Below the pieces are notes generated by a model. The model saw nothing but the letters and a program-made list of their open reading frames with translations. It was not told where the DNA came from and made no database searches. The position numbers were made by a program, and so were the translations under genes. Of a DNA stretch of 64,000 nucleotides, positions 61,848-64,000 are shown one piece after another. This DNA comes from Candidatus Kaelpia aquatica (GTDB lineage Bacteria; Omnitrophota; Gorgyraeia; Kaelpiales; Kaelpiaceae), in NCBI GenBank assembly GCA_030765335.1, contig JAVCCU010000030.1, positions 5,324 through 69,323 of the forward strand, given 5' to 3'. Each line of letters starts with the position of its first letter. Position 1 is the stretch's first letter.

Positions 61848-63521
61848 TTAGTACATCTCTTCCCTTGAAACCACCCGCAAAATTTCATCAACTGTAGTCA
61901 TGCCCTGTTTAATCTTCTGCCAACCTTCCATTTTTAAAGTCCGCATACCGGATTTAACAGCCTGCTCTTTGATTTTACTTGCCGAACTTTTCTTTGCAAT
62001 TAAATCTTTTATCTCAGGACTAACCAATAGAAACTCATAAATAGCTGTTCTGCCTCTATATTTGGTATATTTACATTCTTCACATCCCTTGGCATCATAT
62101 ATATCAATATCTTCTTTCTCTCCAAATGCTTTTAATATCTTATCAGCCGCTTTAACTTTAAATTTACACTTCGGACATAAAACTCTGACCAATCTCTGAG
62201 CGATAAAACATTCCACGGTTGAAGCAATTAAATACGGTTCAATGCCCATATCCAAAAGGCGGGTTACACCGCTTGCCGCATCATTAGTATGGATAGTCGA
62301 AAAAACAAGATGCCCTGTTAAGGATGCTCTGATTGCAATCTCTGCGGTTTCAACATCTCTTACCTCTCCAATCAAGATAATATCCGGGTCATGCCTTAAA
62401 ATCGACCGTAATCCATAAGCAAAAGAGAGCCCAATTTTAGGATAGACCTGAATTTGAGTAATACCCTTAATTCTATATTCAATAGGATCTTCAACTGTAA
62501 TAATCTTCCTGTCTTGGGTATTAAGATTTTGCAGACAGGAATAAAGAGTGGTAGTTTTCCCGCTTCCTGTCGGTCCGGTAACAAAAATCACGCCATTGGG
62601 TTTCTTTAGAACCTGCTCCAGCAGTAAGGAGTTTTCTTCTAACAATCCTAAATCTTTAAAATTAAAGAGCATCGTTTTAGATAATATCCTTAAATCTATG
62701 CTCTCGCCTTCAGGAGTAGGAAGAGTTGAAACTCTCAAATCATATTCCTCTTCACCCAGTTTAAAGAGAATCTTTCCATCCTGAGGAAGCCTTCTTTCTG
62801 CAATATTTAAATTAGCCATTATTTTTATGCGGGACGTAATTGAATTCTGAAACTGCTTAGCCCCCTGAGGAAGAGGCGTCTTATGCAAGATGCCATCTAT
62901 CCTATAACGAATTGTTAGTTCGTCTTCAAACGGCTCGATATGGATATCGGTAGCCCTATCTTTTACTGCCTGCGTTAAAACCTGATTTACAAAATTTATA
63001 ATTGAAGATTCCTCAACCCCCTGATCTTCTTTCTTTTCCTCCTTAACTTCTTCCTTATCCTCTAATCCTTCAACTGTCCCGGCTCCAAGACCGTAATTTT
63101 TGCTAATTGCATCAATAATGCTTTTTTCATATGCAATGTAAGCCTTAACATCTACGTTTAAAAGCATTCTGATATCATCCAAAACCTGAACATTTAGGGG
63201 GTCGGATACTACAATTCCCAGCAAATTATTTTTGAAACTTACTGGCATAATTTTATAATGCAGGGCAAAGCGGGCAGAAACTTTTTCTAAAGCTTCAGGG
63301 TCAATAGAAGCGGTCCTTAAGTTTATAAAGCTTATGCCTAACTGTTCGCCCAGAATACTGAACACATCTTCTTCCAGCGCAAACTTTAATTTAACAATAG
63401 TAGCTGCTAAAAACTCGCCTGTCCTTTTATGCTCAGTGAGAGCTTTTTCCAAATCCTCACTTGTTATAATTCCTGCATTAAGAAGCAGCAGTCCTATAAA
63501 ATTTCCTTCTCTTTCCTGCAT
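61848..63521 (-). CDS. gspE: Type II secretion ATPase GspE
   Basis: MshEN-type N-terminal domain, Walker A GPTGSGKTTT, a tetracysteine motif CPKC...CEEC, and Asp/His boxes. Confidence 0.95.
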   Translation of the reverse strand: MQEREGNFIGLLLLNAGIITSEDLEKALTEHKRTGEFLAATIVKLKFALEEDVFSILGEQLGISFINLRTASIDPEALEKVSARFALHYKIMPVSFKNNLLGIVVSDPLNVQVLDDIRMLLNVDVKAYIAYEKSIIDAISKNYGLGAGTVEGLEDKEEVKEEKKEDQGVEESSIINFVNQVLTQAVKDRATDIHIEPFEDELTIRYRIDGILHKTPLPQGAKQFQNSITSRIKIMANLNIAERRLPQDGKILFKLGEEEYDLRVSTLPTPEGESIDLRILSKTMLFNFKDLGLLEENSLLLEQVLKKPNGVIFVTGPTGSGKTTTLYSCLQNLNTQDRKIITVEDPIEYRIKGITQIQVYPKIGLSFAYGLRSILRHDPDIILIGEVRDVETAEIAIRASLTGHLVFSTIHTNDAASGVTRLLDMGIEPYLIASTVECFIAQRLVRVLCPKCKFKVKAADKILKAFGEKEDIDIYDAKGCEECKYTKYRGRTAIYEFLLVSPEIKDLIAKKSSASKIKEQAVKSGMRTLKMEGWQKIKQGMTTVDEILRVVSREEMY

Positions 63522-63564
63522 ATTGTTATCTTATATGAGAGAACCTGTAAAGTAAAATACGAAA

Positions 63565-63975
63565 TTAGTATAAAACTATTAGAATATACCCTAGGAAGAA
63601 AAACAATACTGCCGTAACTATCTTTATTTTACCCAAATTATGCTTCAGAAACCGCTCAAACTGACCTGAACTTACCCCTAATAGTCCCAATATAAATATT
63701 GCAATCAACGGGATAATAAACATTAAGTTATACACAAAAAGATAACTTAACGCTTTTATTTTCATAACACCGGGAAGTTGAGCCAGAAATGCAATTGTTG
63801 GAAAATATACCTGCCCCGTACAGACAGATTCTAAAATTGAAACTACAAACCCTACGCTCAACGCAATGACTACAAGCCTTATAATCCCCTGCGATTTTGC
63901 ATCTTGCCCTCGATATCCTTCACCTATAATTTTTTTAATCAAAAATTTTATCCTACCGGGTAATTGAAGTATCAA
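63565..63975 (-). CDS. Hypothetical small integral membrane protein
   Basis: 3-4 predicted TM helices and no recognisable motif. It sits at the head of the T2SS operon. Confidence 0.3.
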   Translation of the reverse strand: MILQLPGRIKFLIKKIIGEGYRGQDAKSQGIIRLVVIALSVGFVVSILESVCTGQVYFPTIAFLAQLPGVMKIKALSYLFVYNLMFIIPLIAIFILGLLGVSSGQFERFLKHNLGKIKIVTAVLFFFLGYILIVLY

Positions 63976-64000
63976 ATTTTTAGGTGTTTTTTTAATCTTA

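Noticed and set aside
1-64000. CRISPR arrays, transposases, integrases or phage genes
   Set aside because: No direct-repeat/spacer periodicity was found, and no DDE/tyrosine-recombinase-like ORFs. The only tRNA (Gln) has no adjacent integrase.

Overview
This is an AT-rich, gene-dense bacterial window. Nearly every gene is on the minus strand; the exceptions are a speH-speE polyamine operon and one orphan secreted-protein gene. LPS lipid A genes (lpxI, lpxA, lpxC-fabZ fusion, lpxD), skp, bamA and a full type II secretion system mark the organism as a diderm, probably an uncultivated lineage. Most of the window is core housekeeping. This includes serS, rtcB, ilvD, alr, tsaB/tsaE, thiL, metG, holB, mnmG, birA, dnaB, rpsF-ssb-rpsR-rplI, pth, rplY, prs, glmU, tRNA-Gln, spoVG, ispE, a split transketolase and hisG. 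The most unusual part is the first ~8 kb. It is an accessory-looking cluster of four radical SAM genes: two Cx3Cx2C enzymes, one intact B12-binding class B enzyme, and a decayed, split copy of it. These sit with a UbiA-type polyprenyl transferase, a GT-C (ArnT/PMT-like) membrane glycosyltransferase and a TPR lipoprotein. I read this as a candidate undescribed isoprenoid-lipid or lipid-linked glycan tailoring system. Other notable items follow. A TatD hydrolase is fused to a radical SAM domain. A T2SS secretin carries a TonB/TolA-like C-terminal domain. SpoVG carries a zinc-ribbon tail. A 31-residue, highly basic peptide gene with a strong Shine-Dalgarno site was missed by the ORF track. A second AdoMetDC-like paralogue follows speE. 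Two secreted proteins of unknown function are transcribed divergently from a 688-bp AT-rich intergenic region that contains a perfect 10-bp inverted repeat over the promoter. No CRISPR array, transposase or integrase was seen.
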